Origin: Thermoplasmata archaeon
Lineage (GTDB): Archaea; Thermoplasmatota; SW-10-69-26; JACQPN01; JAJPHT01
Length of the DNA: 41,713 nucleotides
Direction: 5' to 3'
NCBI GenBank assembly: GCA_034667685.1
Contig: JAXDQU010000006.1
Coordinates: forward strand, 1 to 41,713
This document shows, one piece after another, positions 8,901-18,307 of the stretch. A model generated the notes under the pieces. It had not been told where the DNA came from and made no database searches. It saw only the letters and a program-made list of their open reading frames with translations. The translations under genes and the position numbers were made by a program. Position 1 is the stretch's first letter; every line of letters starts with the position of its first letter.

Positions 8901-11900
8901 GAGGTGGGATCGATGGCGGCGCGCTGGACGCCGCTGACGCGCGCGTCGAGGCCGAAGGCGGCGCCGCGCTTCACGAGGTAGGCGTGGTCGCCCTGCGTCG
9001 TGCCGGTGGTGCCGTTCGCCACGCTCACCTGGAGGTAGAGCTGGCCCATGGGCGCGCTGGCGCTGTAGTTGAGCTTGGCCGCCGCGCCGTTCCAGGTGGC
9101 GTCGAAGCTGGGCGGCAGCGCCGAGGCGGTGAGGTTGACCTTGGTCGTCGTCTTGTCGGTGAAGAGCAGGCTCAGGTTGCCCACGACGGCGTTGGCGCGG
9201 TACGAGACGGCGCCGGGCGCGTAGGTCGCATTCAGGCTCGCGGGGACCGCGTCGACGGCCGCGTGCAGCGCCAGGGTCGGCGTGCTCACGTCCGCGGCGA
9301 AGGGGCGCGCGCTGGTCGAGGCCGCGCTGACGACCTTGACGACGCCCGTCGCGTCGACGAACGCCGACTTCAGGCCCGTCACGAGCAGGTCGCCGCGCGA
9401 CGCGTTCGCCGTGCTCTGGAGCCATGCGTGGTCGCTCGCGGGCGTGCCGTTGAGGTACGCGCCGTCGGTGCCGAAGCGCACGCGCGCCGAGCCGACGCTG
9501 GCCGACGCGGGCGCGCCGCCCGAGGAGGTGCGCGCGTCGAACGAGCCGAAGGCGGGACCCAGGCGCGCCTGCATCCAGGGCGGCAGCGACGAGGCGTCCG
9601 CCGAGAGCGCGAGGCCCGTCGACGAGGCGCGGTAGAGCAGCGACAGGCTGCCCAGGCTGCCCGACGCGTCGTACGTCGCGCCGTAGGGCGACGTGGCGGT
9701 CCACGAGACGGAGGCCGAGGAGGGCAGGCCCGCGGCGGCGACGTGCGCGACGAGGCCCGACGAGGCGTCCTGGTAGTCCACCGTCGCGGAGGAGCCGGTC
9801 GCCACGCCCGCGTAGGAGAACGTGCGCGTCGCGGGGCGCAGGTCGAGCGAGGCGTCGGTGGGCGCGGCGGCGAGCACCACGGAGGCGGTGACGCCGGGGT
9901 CCAGGAACGCGAGGCCCGTGAAGGGCTGGCCGCCCGGCGAGAGCCGCACGTGGAACGCGCCGCCGTTGGCGCCCGTCGCGGAGGCCTGCGCGACGCCCGA
10001 GACGTTGAAGCGCGCCGCGAAGGCGGTGCCGTTGCGGCGCACGACGACGTGGTCGCGCCCGGCGACGCCGCCCACGGTGAGGCCCCCAAGCTGCACGTAG
10101 CCGTCCGCGGTGCCCAGGGCGGGCGTCGCGAGGAAGTCGAGGCTGGGCGCGTCCGCATCGTACGCGAGGTTGGCCTGCGACGAGACGCCCAGCGCGGTGA
10201 GCGCCACCGCCGTCGTGCCCCCGTTGAGGGACAGGACGACGCGCGGCGTCACCGAGGAGGCCGAGTAGGTGAAGCTGCCCGCGCGGCCGGTGCTCCACGT
10301 CGCGCTGATCACCGCGGGGAGCCCGTAGACGTCAAGGTCCGCGGTCGTGCCGGCGATGAGCGCGTGGCCGCGCAGGCGCGGGATGACCGAGGTGGCGTCG
10401 TAGTGGAACGCGCCGCTCGCGAAGCTGGCGTTGAAGCTGCGCGGGAGCGCGGAGACGTTGAGCTCCACGAACGCGGCGGGCGTCGTCACGCGCGCGAAGA
10501 ACGGCTGGCCGCCCGGCCAGAGCGTCGCGTGCGCCGCGCCGCCGCCCACGCCGGAGCCCGAGAGCTCCGCGACGCCGGCGACCGCGAAGCGCGCGGCGAA
10601 GGTGCCGGCGCCCTGGAGCACGACGAGGTAGTCGGTGCCCTGGAGGCCCGCGACCGTCGCGCCGCCCACGCTCACCGAGCCGTCGACGAGGCCGATCGCG
10701 GGCGAGGCCACGAGGCTGGCGCGGGGCGCGTCGGCGTCGTACGTGACGCTCAGCGAGGTCGAGAGGTTGCGGATGGAGAGCGCGACGAGGCTCCCCGCGT
10801 GGTTGAGCGCGACGCTCAGCTTGGGCATGACGCTGGAGGCCGAGTAGGTCAGCGTGCCGGAGCGCGCGAGCGTCCAGCCGAGGTCGACGTTGGCCGGCAG
10901 CGACGTGACGTCCACGTCCGCGACGTCGCCGGGGCGCGTCGCGTGCAGGAGGACGCGCGGCACGATGGCGCTCGCGTCGTAGTGGAGCGACGTCGCGGTC
11001 GAGACGACGTCGAGGGACGAGGGGAGCGCGGAGACGTTCACGTCCACGAGCAGCGAGGGGGTCGAGGCGTGCGCGAGGAACGGCTGGCCCGCGCCGGCGG
11101 AGAGGCCCACGGCGAGCCTGCCCGGCGTCGTCTGGTCGACCAGCAGGCGCGAGAAGGAGGCCACGCGCCACGAGGCGCCCAGCACGTTGGCGCCGGTCGA
11201 CACGAGCGACGCGTGGTCGCCGGGCAGCGTCGGGATGGGCGCGCCTCCGACGCTCAGGTTGCCCACGAGCAGGCTGATCGGGGGCGAGGCCGCGGCGCTC
11301 ACGTAGCTCGTCCCCTGCGCGCGCAGGTCGACGTGCGTCGAGAGGCCCGTGATCGCGACGTTGGCGACCGTGACGGGCGCGACGAGCGATTCCCACGACA
11401 CGTTGGCCTGCGGCGTGGCCGCGTTCGCGTCGTAGGTCAGGCTGGCGGCTCCGGGCACGGCGCTCGCGTTGAGCGTGATGACGCTCGGAAGGCCCAGCAC
11501 CGTGACGCTCGCGCGGGTCTGCGTCGCATTGTCCCGGACCGTCTCGGTGCGCGCGTCGAGGCGCGGGATGCCGGAGGCGGCCTGGTAGTGCAGCACGCCC
11601 ATGGGCGTCATGTTCAGCGAGAACGCCGTGGGCACGCCCTGGACGTCCGCGCGGAAGTACGCGTACGTGCCCGGCTTCGAGAGGTCGCTGGTGCGGTTGA
11701 CGTGCACCGAGGCTTTCGCGATCGACGCGCTGCCGGCGTAGAACGTGCTCCCCGAGCCGTCCGCGAACCGCGAGACGTTCACGGTCGAGGTCGCGGGCAG
11801 CGCCTCGGCGCGCACGTGGGTCACGGTGCGCGAGCCTTCGCTGGTCACGTCGCTGGCCAGCGTGAAGTCGACGTTCGTCGCCGCGGGCAGGTGGGTCGTG

Positions 11901-14900
11901 AGGTTGAACGAGGCCCCCTGCGCGTTCGAGAGGAACACGATGTCGTTGGTGAAGCTCGCGGGCGCGGTCTCGAAGCGCACCGTCCCCACGATGGGGTCCG
12001 CCGTGGTGAACGTCGAGCAGCCCGCGCACGTGGGCGTGATCTGCTCGAAGCGCGCGGTGATGGTCTGCGGCGAGGCGGGCGCGTCGTACGTGACGCGGCT
12101 GACGACGTGCACGTCGCCCGCGACGGCGGAGGTCACGTCCGTGATGGTGGCCTGGAGCGTCGAGGTCGCGCTGAGGGCGGACTCGCGCGCGTCGAAGCCG
12201 ATCGCGCCGCGCAAGGTCGTGCCGGGGATCTGCACGATGGCGAGCACGTGCGCGGCCAGCGCGTTGGCGGCCGGGTCGCGCGCGACGACGAGCTGGCCCG
12301 AGTAGCCCGTGGGGTACGCGGGGTCGACGCTCGTCGTGAACGTGCCGTTGCCGTCGGGGACGCCGTCGCCCGTGACGTCGTAGGGCATCGCGGTGCCGAT
12401 GGGCGCCGGCTGCGCGCACGTGAGCGGGACCGCGCTCGACTCCCAGCAGAGCTGGTACATCGTGGAGGCGATCGTCACGGCGGCGCGGTTCGCCAGGTCC
12501 GTCACGAGCGCGGGGGCCGCGGGGCCGGTGGGGGGCGCGGCGGCGGAGGGCGTCGTCGCGCCGGGGGTGGGCAGCGCCGGGGGCGAGGGCGCCTCGGGCG
12601 TGCTGGCGACGTCCGCGGGCGCCTCCGTGGGCTCGGGCGCGTCGGGCGCGGGCGTGGCGTCGGCCGCGAGCGTCGCCGGGATGGCGGGCGGGGACGCGAC
12701 GTCGGGGATATCCTGGGGCACGTCGGTGGGCGCGGGCGCGCCGGGGTCGAGCGTCGCGATGCTCTCGGCGGCGGGCGCGTCGCCCGTGGCGCCCGGGTCG
12801 AGCGAGCCCATGACGGTCGCCGCGAGGTCGTCGGGCGTCACGGTCGTCGCGTTGGGCGGATCGAGGGGCGTGTCGGGCGCGGGGACCGCGGGGAGCGTCG
12901 CGTTGCGCAGGCCGTCGAGCACCGTGGAGACGTTGCTCGTGGCGCTCGCGTCCGTGGGCAGCGCCGGAAGGGGCGCGTTGGCCGGGTCGAGGGAGGAGCG
13001 CAGTTGCGAGACGAGCGCGTCCTTGTCGAAGATCGCCGTCATCAGCATCGTGCGCGTCTGGTCGAGGTCCTGCGCCTGCGTGGCGGCGTCCTCGCCCAGG
13101 AGCGCGACGCGGAAGGTGGCGTTGGCGCGCCACGCCGCGTCGAAGACGCTCTGGGTGAGCATCTGCCGCGTCAACGCCGGCTGATCGAGCAGCGTGTCGC
13201 GCGGCACGTCGGCCGGAATGCCCGGCGTCGTGAGATAGCTCTGGAACCACGCCGCGTCCTGGAGGTGCGCGCCCCAGAAGGCGTCGAAGCGCTGCACCTG
13301 GAGCGTGGAGAGGTCCGAGACGAACGGCCCGTCCCACGCGGAGCCCGTGTGGGGCGGCGCGGCGGAGTCGGGGACGCACGGGTTGGGCGCGCCCGCGTTG
13401 GAGACCGCGGGCGTGACGGGGTTGGGGCCGGGGTCCGTGACGGTCGGATCCACCACGCGCGGCGCGGTGGAGAGCGCCACGTTCGAGCGCGGGCCCTCGT
13501 GGCCCAGGGCGTCGAGCGCGGCGACCTGGTAGTAGTAGGTCGTGCCCGAGACGGCGTTGGCGTCGAAGGCGCGCGGCGTCGCGCTCGCGTCGGTCGTGTA
13601 GAGCGCCTCCGACTGGGCCGACCCGCCGCGGTAGATGTTGTACGCTGACACGGGCGAGCCCCCGTCGTTGGCGGGCGGCGCCCAAAGCAGGCTCGTCTGC
13701 CCGTCGCTCTGCGTGCACGCCGCGAGCACGCGCGGCGCCTCCAGGGGAGGACGGAAGGGGACGATCTGGTCGAGCAGCAGGCCCGTGGTCGGATCCTGGC
13801 CGCCGAAGACGAAGCCCAGCGTGCCGTTCCAGACGGAGCTGGCGCCGTCGCGCGGGCCGGGGAGCGTGGCGTCCACCACGAGGGTCTGGGTCGTGGCGGG
13901 GTCGGTCTGCACGATCTCCGTGCGTCGCGCGGCGGCGTGCGAGCCCATGGTGTACGCGTTCTGGTGGTCCCACACGGTCGGGGCGCCGGAGACCGCGTCG
14001 GGCAGCCACGCCTGGGTCCGCGTGCTGACACCGGCGACGGGGTCCATGCCGGTGATCTCGGAGAACTCGGACCCGTCGGCCGCCTTGCCGCCCACGACCC
14101 ATGCGCGCGTGCCGTCGAAGAACGCGCTGGTCAGCTGGCGCGGCGAGGGGAGCCTCGTGGGGAGCAGCTGCGCGGTCTCCGTGGTGTCGTTGAACAGGAG
14201 GATGTCGCTCAGCACGCGGGTGGAGCCGCCCGGCCCGGTGTCCGCGCCGCCGAAGACGAACGTGTCCGTGCCGTTCCAGACCGCGCTGGTGCACGAGCGC
14301 GGCGTGGGGAACGTGTCGGGAAGCGTGGTGAGCGTGTCGGTGGACGTGTCGTAGCGGAGGATCTCGCTCGTGCTGCGCGGGTAGCCGCCGAAGACGTACG
14401 CGTAGCGGCCGTCCCAGATGGCGCTCGTGCAGTGGCGCGCCGTGGGCAGCACGGAGGACATCACGGTCGTCGTGTTCGTGACGGGATCGTACTGGAGGAT
14501 CTGGTTCGTGTCGCCGGCGCTGGTGGCGCCCCCGAAGATGTACGCGTGGCGGCCGTCCCAGATGGCGCTGGTGCTCGTGAGCGGCGCGGGAAGCCGTCCG
14601 CCCACGCTGGGCGCGCGCAGGGCGGCGTCGAACCGCGTCGCGTTGGCGTAGTAGGGCGGCGGGTTCGTGCCCGTCCGCCCGCCGAAGACGTACGCGGAGC
14701 CCAGGCCGTCCCAGACCGCGGCGGACTGGATGCGCGCGCCGGGCAGCTTGGCGCCCGAGATCGAGATCGAGTCGGCCACCGGGTCGTACGCGAGGATGTT
14801 CTGCCGGTTCGCGGTGTTGGAGTCGCCGCCGATGACGTAGGCGCGGTCGGAGGCCGCGTCCCACACCGCGGCGGTCTGCATGACCGCGACGGGGAGCCGC

Positions 14901-15613
14901 GCGGCCATCGTGCTCACGGCGCCCGTGGAGGGGACGAAGCGCACGATCGCCGTGGACTTGTTGTAGTTGTCCGAGCCGCCGAAGACGTAGGCCGCGCCCG
15001 CGGGGCTCCACACGGCGCTCGCGTCGAAGTTCGGCGTGGGCAGGGTCGCGGAGAGGGTGATGAGCGTGTCGGTCGCGGGCGTGAAGCGGACGATCTGCGT
15101 GAGCGGCCCGTTCTCGAACCCGCCGAAGAGGTAGGCGTTGCCCACGCCGTCCCAGACCGCGCTGGGGGAGATGCGCGAGACGTAGGCGTGCATCACGAGG
15201 AGCGTGTCGTTGGCCGGCGTGTAGCGCAGGATCTTCGAGTTGTAGGACACGGTCGACGTCAGCCCGCCGAAGATGTAGGCATGGCCCGCGCCGTCCCACA
15301 CGGCGGCCGACTCGTAGATCCCCGTGGGGAGCGCCGCGCCCATCACCGTGTACGAGTCGTTGGCCGCGTCGTAGCGGAGGATCTGGGCGCTGGCGTTCCC
15401 GTCGTACCCGCCGAAGACGTAGGCGTGGCCGGCGCCGTCCCAGACCGCGCTCGATCCGTACCGCGCGGTGGGCATCGTGCCCGCCAACGGGACGGTGGCG
15501 TCGGTCGCGCTGCGCGCCGCCGCCCCGCTGACGGTCCACGGGGTCGCGGGCGCCAGCAGGGACGCGACGAGGAGAAGGATCGCGAAGCGGCTGCGAGCGA
15601 GGCGCGCGTACAT
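5954..15613 (-). CDS. Giant secreted/surface protein (3219 aa): 12 Kelch repeats, FN3, P/A/T/D linker, long beta-rich repeat region
   Basis: Signal peptide; 12 copies of SA[VI]WDG..AY[VI]FGG; FN3 motif LLWAPPANDGGSPVSAYNIYRG...YYYQVAA; many NxS/T sequons; 193-aa and 354-aa internal repeats. Confidence 0.88.
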   Translation of the reverse strand: MYARLARSRFAILLLVASLLAPATPWTVSGAAARSATDATVPLAGTMPTARYGSSAVWDGAGHAYVFGGYDGNASAQILRYDAANDSYTVMGAALPTGIYESAAVWDGAGHAYIFGGLTSTVSYNSKILRYTPANDTLLVMHAYVSRISPSAVWDGVGNAYLFGGFENGPLTQIVRFTPATDTLITLSATLPTPNFDASAVWSPAGAAYVFGGSDNYNKSTAIVRFVPSTGAVSTMAARLPVAVMQTAAVWDAASDRAYVIGGDSNTANRQNILAYDPVADSISISGAKLPGARIQSAAVWDGLGSAYVFGGRTGTNPPPYYANATRFDAALRAPSVGGRLPAPLTSTSAIWDGRHAYIFGGATSAGDTNQILQYDPVTNTTTVMSSVLPTARHCTSAIWDGRYAYVFGGYPRSTSEILRYDTSTDTLTTLPDTFPTPRSCTSAVWNGTDTFVFGGADTGPGGSTRVLSDILLFNDTTETAQLLPTRLPSPRQLTSAFFDGTRAWVVGGKAADGSEFSEITGMDPVAGVSTRTQAWLPDAVSGAPTVWDHQNAYTMGSHAAARRTEIVQTDPATTQTLVVDATLPGPRDGASSVWNGTLGFVFGGQDPTTGLLLDQIVPFRPPLEAPRVLAACTQSDGQTSLLWAPPANDGGSPVSAYNIYRGGSAQSEALYTTDASATPRAFDANAVSGTTYYYQVAALDALGHEGPRSNVALSTAPRVVDPTVTDPGPNPVTPAVSNAGAPNPCVPDSAAPPHTGSAWDGPFVSDLSTLQVQRFDAFWGAHLQDAAWFQSYLTTPGIPADVPRDTLLDQPALTRQMLTQSVFDAAWRANATFRVALLGEDAATQAQDLDQTRTMLMTAIFDKDALVSQLRSSLDPANAPLPALPTDASATSNVSTVLDGLRNATLPAVPAPDTPLDPPNATTVTPDDLAATVMGSLDPGATGDAPAAESIATLDPGAPAPTDVPQDIPDVASPPAIPATLAADATPAPDAPEPTEAPADVASTPEAPSPPALPTPGATTPSAAAPPTGPAAPALVTDLANRAAVTIASTMYQLCWESSAVPLTCAQPAPIGTAMPYDVTGDGVPDGNGTFTTSVDPAYPTGYSGQLVVARDPAANALAAHVLAIVQIPGTTLRGAIGFDARESALSATSTLQATITDVTSAVAGDVHVVSRVTYDAPASPQTITARFEQITPTCAGCSTFTTADPIVGTVRFETAPASFTNDIVFLSNAQGASFNLTTHLPAATNVDFTLASDVTSEGSRTVTHVRAEALPATSTVNVSRFADGSGSTFYAGSASIAKASVHVNRTSDLSKPGTYAYFRADVQGVPTAFSLNMTPMGVLHYQAASGIPRLDARTETVRDNATQTRASVTVLGLPSVITLNASAVPGAASLTYDANAATPQANVSWESLVAPVTVANVAITGLSTHVDLRAQGTSYVSAAASPPISLLVGNLSVGGAPIPTLPGDHASLVSTGANVLGASWRVASFSRLLVDQTTPGRLAVGLSAGAGQPFLAHASTPSLLVDVNVSALPSSLDVVSTATSLHYDASAIVPRVLLHATRPGDVADVDVTSLPANVDLGWTLARSGTLTYSASSVMPKLSVALNHAGSLVALSIRNLSTSLSVTYDADAPRASLVASPAIGLVDGSVSVGGATVAGLQGTDYLVVLQGAGTFAARFAVAGVAELSGSGVGGGAAHATLWPGGQPFFARVTTPAAFVELNVSALPRSFNASFASGAFHYDATSVIPRLRGHALIAGTTADLDVYGLPAVISATWSTGRAGSFTYSASSVTPRVVLSLNGGTTAVALTALGVSSQANLAYDADAPSLDFLATPALGTADGYVQLGGLTVGGVAGRDHVVVRRNGTAFAARFNVSGVAQASATGANGGAFHVRLSPGGQPFTGLAFLDPGVTASVVLAAAPTDASLDLRPATRTFSYAGVATGSSATVDYQDASSGLVAHVAAAGLPSSASVSWTATSPYGATYDASGSLGSLSLLYRASSTGLALSADASSLPPWMQARLGPAFGSFDARTSSGGAPASASVGSARVRFGTDGAYLNGTPASDHAWLQSTANASRGDLLVTGLKSAFVDATGVVKVVSAASTSARPFAADVSTPTLALHAAVDAVPASLNATYAPGAVSYRANAVVGNLSLLFTDKTTTKVNLTASALPPSFDATWNGAAAKLNYSASAPMGQLYLQVSVANGTTGTTQGDHAYLVKRGAAFGLDARVSGVQRAAIDPTSGGWYDLLLSPGGRPFAAHVDLDASVLGDLTMSAMPTSATVHVDATTGGFAYAGTAGASLGASYVNLGSGRAINVSVPALPATIALTWVKAPNAQVTYDASGPISWAHAFYQDGTNLDTFDVTASGVPPHMQAAWGDGYGTFDARASSTAPPASASVGFVAARYSSNGRLLTGTTGTDHLVLLKNTTTTRAEMQQGAVSGLSFDTRNDRLAASLSVSSPRAFSAVVDVPKAYVSTYVASLPAGMSLSYDGTLLSVQSSSSIPWANLTYFPHDGSGKLISAIGTGLPTSVNVTLATGAGHVDYAASGPASSLSLYARMVSGGRTWTASLALTGLPAAWNVAWATDRYNLTVPSGTIGSFSGWLTNGPSPLTFGGQFAAVYGRWPSGDFWLSASISGLGTSGFERAPGGFDFASKQAPGSVVFVYGDFVDNAQQAYVTGWVVGAPSSLSVGMNSGTNLWYKSSSPYTAQLSADVGSVSGVAAAPAAPYGSSFVIRDGDGCPGSTPSCLGWRMRLGIAGMPVQGDANLTLNTYNLTGFGAWQSQLSFDVGLAKTLGAKALWLKGYFLGIPSGLDIRAGPFLLSGQTNVANGLSAKYWASGSIGQLWVDGSYGSIYGTAVLVGIPSSFSLDGYFTKSMNWVNITSSASIPQVNTMFRPGPGQRYFGGASLFDTPTSMRLNYTQLPEVFSSSTSSTTRDCNGQSTTTTATSTQTQTEPSFAYQANADTLSGSMWIDAAFFGGDLNVQGSLSFDRLARTTSASYASSMLTFSSSPVPTKRIEAHAAAQLSMSFPAVTLRGSGCYRLELTFGASIPNARVDDLGLRLRDVSNLNVHVGFPIRVSGTFSGFDTWWQGLHVPLNADASLNLVLQWRIFPTTTIPLVGVHPRIATLSSLETTVAGAHMGNLVSIPTSVFCWGLPPWYKVDVSTNPHLHSYWINGASMGSPAGEGGAWEVMPDPNFLFGPVVDTILAAFLQNGASGVSVNLRC

Positions 15614-15734
15614 CTGGCATCACGAGAGACTGAGGCACCATTTGTAGGTCGCCAACCATCTGGTTGCATCCCGCCGGGTCGCCGTTGCGGCCTGGCGCCG
15701 CGGGTTGCGCGCCCAGTCGACAACCTCACAACAA

Positions 15735-15744
15735 GGGTTATATC
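15735..15744 (+). promoter_or_regulatory. Candidate TATA box of the leaderless 15769 gene
   Basis: AAGGGTTATATC about 27 nt upstream of ATG 15769. Confidence 0.6.
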
Positions 15745-15768
15745 GGCCCGTTTGGTCGAGTCGCCCCT

Positions 15769-16977
15769 ATGCAGCGCGTCCGCTTCCTGGCGGTCCTCGT
15801 CCTGGCTTTCACCGTCCTCGCCGGCTGCGTCGGCCACGCGAACGACGCGGTCACGCAGCAGTCCGCGGGCTCGACGGACGCGGGCGGCTCGACGCCGGCG
15901 GCGACCGGCCTGGTGGCGCCCACGGCGCTGCCGGACATCCCGTTCAAGGTCGCGACGGACGCCGCGGCGTGGATCGCGCCCGGGACGAGCGTGGCGGCGA
16001 GCGTCGCGCTTCCGCCCGAGGCCGCCGCGCCCATCGCGTACACGTGGCTCTGGGGCCCGATGGGCGGCATGGCGCCGATCACGGTGATGAAGCAGACACA
16101 GACCGACCTCATCGCGCCTGGCGCCAGCGCGCGCATCACGTTCGACCAGGCCGGCATCTTCACCGAGCACTGCCACCCGCACCCGTGGATGCTGAGCACC
16201 GTCGTGGTGCTCGACAACGGCCAGGCGCCGCAGACCGTGACGGTCCACTTCGTGGACGGCGAGACGAAGGAGAATTTCAAGTTCGTGCCTGACATCGTCG
16301 TGATCTCGAAGGGCTCGACCGTCGTCTACGAGAACGACGGCAAGCAGGCCCACCAGACGATGCTCATGAAGCAGGACGCGCCCCTCGCGGTGCAATCGGC
16401 GAAGGACGCGCAGGCGACGATCAGCGCGACCGGCAGCGGCTGGATGCGCGCGGTCGTGGTGGCGCAGGACGCGAAGGGGTACGTCGGCATGGCGGAGAGC
16501 GACGTCTACGTCGCGCCCATCCCGGCGCCGCTCACGCAGACCTTCGGGGGCCAGTTCAACGTCACGCTCCCCGCGCAGGCGCCGGCCCAGCCCCCGGCCC
16601 CCGTGGGCTCCGCGGGCGACACGTTCCCCTTCAGCGCCTCGGGCGCGGGCCGCTTCTGGATCAACTTCACCTCGCAGGACGGCGTCGCGGCCAACGCGCC
16701 CACCGACCCGGCCGGCGACACGTCGCAGATCCAGGTGCAGGTCGCGGCGAAGGACGGCTCCTACAAGGAGGCCAGCGCGCCCTCCGACAAGGGCGGCCTG
16801 ACCAACGTCGTGAAGGCCGGCGACTACGCGATCACCGTCTCGCCCGCCGCGGGCCAGGACGTCACGTACACGGTGACGCTGACCCTCGTCTACGACCTCG
16901 TGCCTCCGAAGGCCAACCCGTACGCCGACCCGACCACGCAGGTCACGATGGGCAGCTCCGCCCCCGCGGGGATGTAG
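15769..16977 (+). CDS. Lipoprotein with a circularly permuted type-1 copper (cupredoxin) domain inside a PKD/Ig-like domain
   Basis: Lipobox LAGC; HCHPHPWM ligand loop followed by FKFVPD..ISKGSTVVYEND...H; flanked by YTWLWG and VVVAQDAKG. Confidence 0.8.
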   Translation: MQRVRFLAVLVLAFTVLAGCVGHANDAVTQQSAGSTDAGGSTPAATGLVAPTALPDIPFKVATDAAAWIAPGTSVAASVALPPEAAAPIAYTWLWGPMGGMAPITVMKQTQTDLIAPGASARITFDQAGIFTEHCHPHPWMLSTVVVLDNGQAPQTVTVHFVDGETKENFKFVPDIVVISKGSTVVYENDGKQAHQTMLMKQDAPLAVQSAKDAQATISATGSGWMRAVVVAQDAKGYVGMAESDVYVAPIPAPLTQTFGGQFNVTLPAQAPAQPPAPVGSAGDTFPFSASGAGRFWINFTSQDGVAANAPTDPAGDTSQIQVQVAAKDGSYKEASAPSDKGGLTNVVKAGDYAITVSPAAGQDVTYTVTLTLVYDLVPPKANPYADPTTQVTMGSSAPAGM

Positions 16978-18144
16978 ATGCGGCTCGTCCTCCTTGCCAT
17001 CGTCGCGGCGGCGCTGCTCGCGCCGCCCGCGCACGCCCACGCGCTGATCACCGCGGCCGATCCGCTGATCCTCAACATCGACACCTACCCCACGCCGGAG
17101 GGGAAGCTCGCGCTCGCGCAGCCCGCGGACGGCTCGGTCTACTTCGCGAGCTATCAGCCCGGCGCGACGCCCACGCCATTGACGTTCACCATGCCGGCGC
17201 CCGTCCGCTTCGCGCCCGCGGGCGCGCAGGTGCGCCTGGGCATCCGCGCCGACAAGCCCGTGGTGACGCAGGACTCCAGCGGGCGCTCGTTCCAGATCGA
17301 CATCCTCGCGGACGGCCAGCCCATCCCCGGCGCCAGCGCGGTCTACGCGCTGCCGTCGAACCTGATGCGTCCGGGCGACGCGAGCGGCATCCACCAGGAC
17401 CTCCAGATCACGTCCAAGACGCCGATCCCCGAGAACGGGACGATCACGCTGCGCCTGACGCCGCTGATGCCCGCGCTCCTCGACAGCGCGCTCGCGGCCG
17501 TCGTGGGTCCCGACACGGACTCGGGCCTCGACTTCCCGCAGGCGCAGATCCCGACGCTCCAGGACCTCGGGCTCCAGGACACCAACCTCACGATGGTGAA
17601 CCTCGCGCGCGAGAACTTCACCTCGCCCGACCCGAACGTCGTGCTCAACGAGATCGACGTCTACCACGAGAACGTGACGACGAACTACCTCTCCGTGCTG
17701 GGCACGAAGGCGTACGTCGAGCTCAAGGGCGCGGAGACCGACGCCGAGGGGCAGGTCTACCACGACTACCCCGACCACGCGCGCCGCCTCGCGGGCACGC
17801 ACGACTTCACCATCGGCGGCGTGCTCGCGCGCGTCCACCCCGGCGTGGGCGTCGTGGTGCTCGCGGACCTCTCGAAGGGTCCCATCTCGATCGACTGCGT
17901 GAAGAACTGCGGCCCCTCGCCGCTGCACATGACGCTCTACCCCAACCGCACGCTCCAGGCGCCCGGCAGCCCCGGCACGCCGCTCGACGCGACCGGCGCG
18001 GGGAACCTCACCACGACGCCCGGCGGCGCGCCCAGCCCCACGGCCGTCAAGGACGAGAAGGCGAAGACCGTGCCGGGCCCGTCCCTCGCATGGGGGCTGG
18101 CGCTCGTCGGGCTTTCCGCGCTGGCGCGCCGCCGCCTCCGCTGA
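16978..18144 (+). CDS. Secreted protein with an archaeosortase-type C-terminal anchor
   Basis: Signal peptide ending AHA, P/T/G linker, VPGP followed by a hydrophobic helix and ARRRLR; ATG directly abuts the upstream TAG. Confidence 0.8.
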   Translation: MRLVLLAIVAAALLAPPAHAHALITAADPLILNIDTYPTPEGKLALAQPADGSVYFASYQPGATPTPLTFTMPAPVRFAPAGAQVRLGIRADKPVVTQDSSGRSFQIDILADGQPIPGASAVYALPSNLMRPGDASGIHQDLQITSKTPIPENGTITLRLTPLMPALLDSALAAVVGPDTDSGLDFPQAQIPTLQDLGLQDTNLTMVNLARENFTSPDPNVVLNEIDVYHENVTTNYLSVLGTKAYVELKGAETDAEGQVYHDYPDHARRLAGTHDFTIGGVLARVHPGVGVVVLADLSKGPISIDCVKNCGPSPLHMTLYPNRTLQAPGSPGTPLDATGAGNLTTTPGGAPSPTAVKDEKAKTVPGPSLAWGLALVGLSALARRRLR

Positions 18145-18307
18145 GGTCTGTCACCCCCTCCAGTTGTTTCTACATGTCGTGCCTTGGATGACGCTTCGCC
18201 ACTGGGTACGGCGACTGCGACAATTCTTATGCCATCCTGCTGACGTGCGCGTCGCGGTCTAGGGCAAGGAGGAGGCTCTCCATCCCGAGGCTTGGAGCAA
18301 ACCAACC

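Noticed and set aside
13750-15490. Kelch region as galactose oxidase or sialic acid mutarotase
   Set aside because: Catalytic residues could not be identified by eye; only the fold call is supported.
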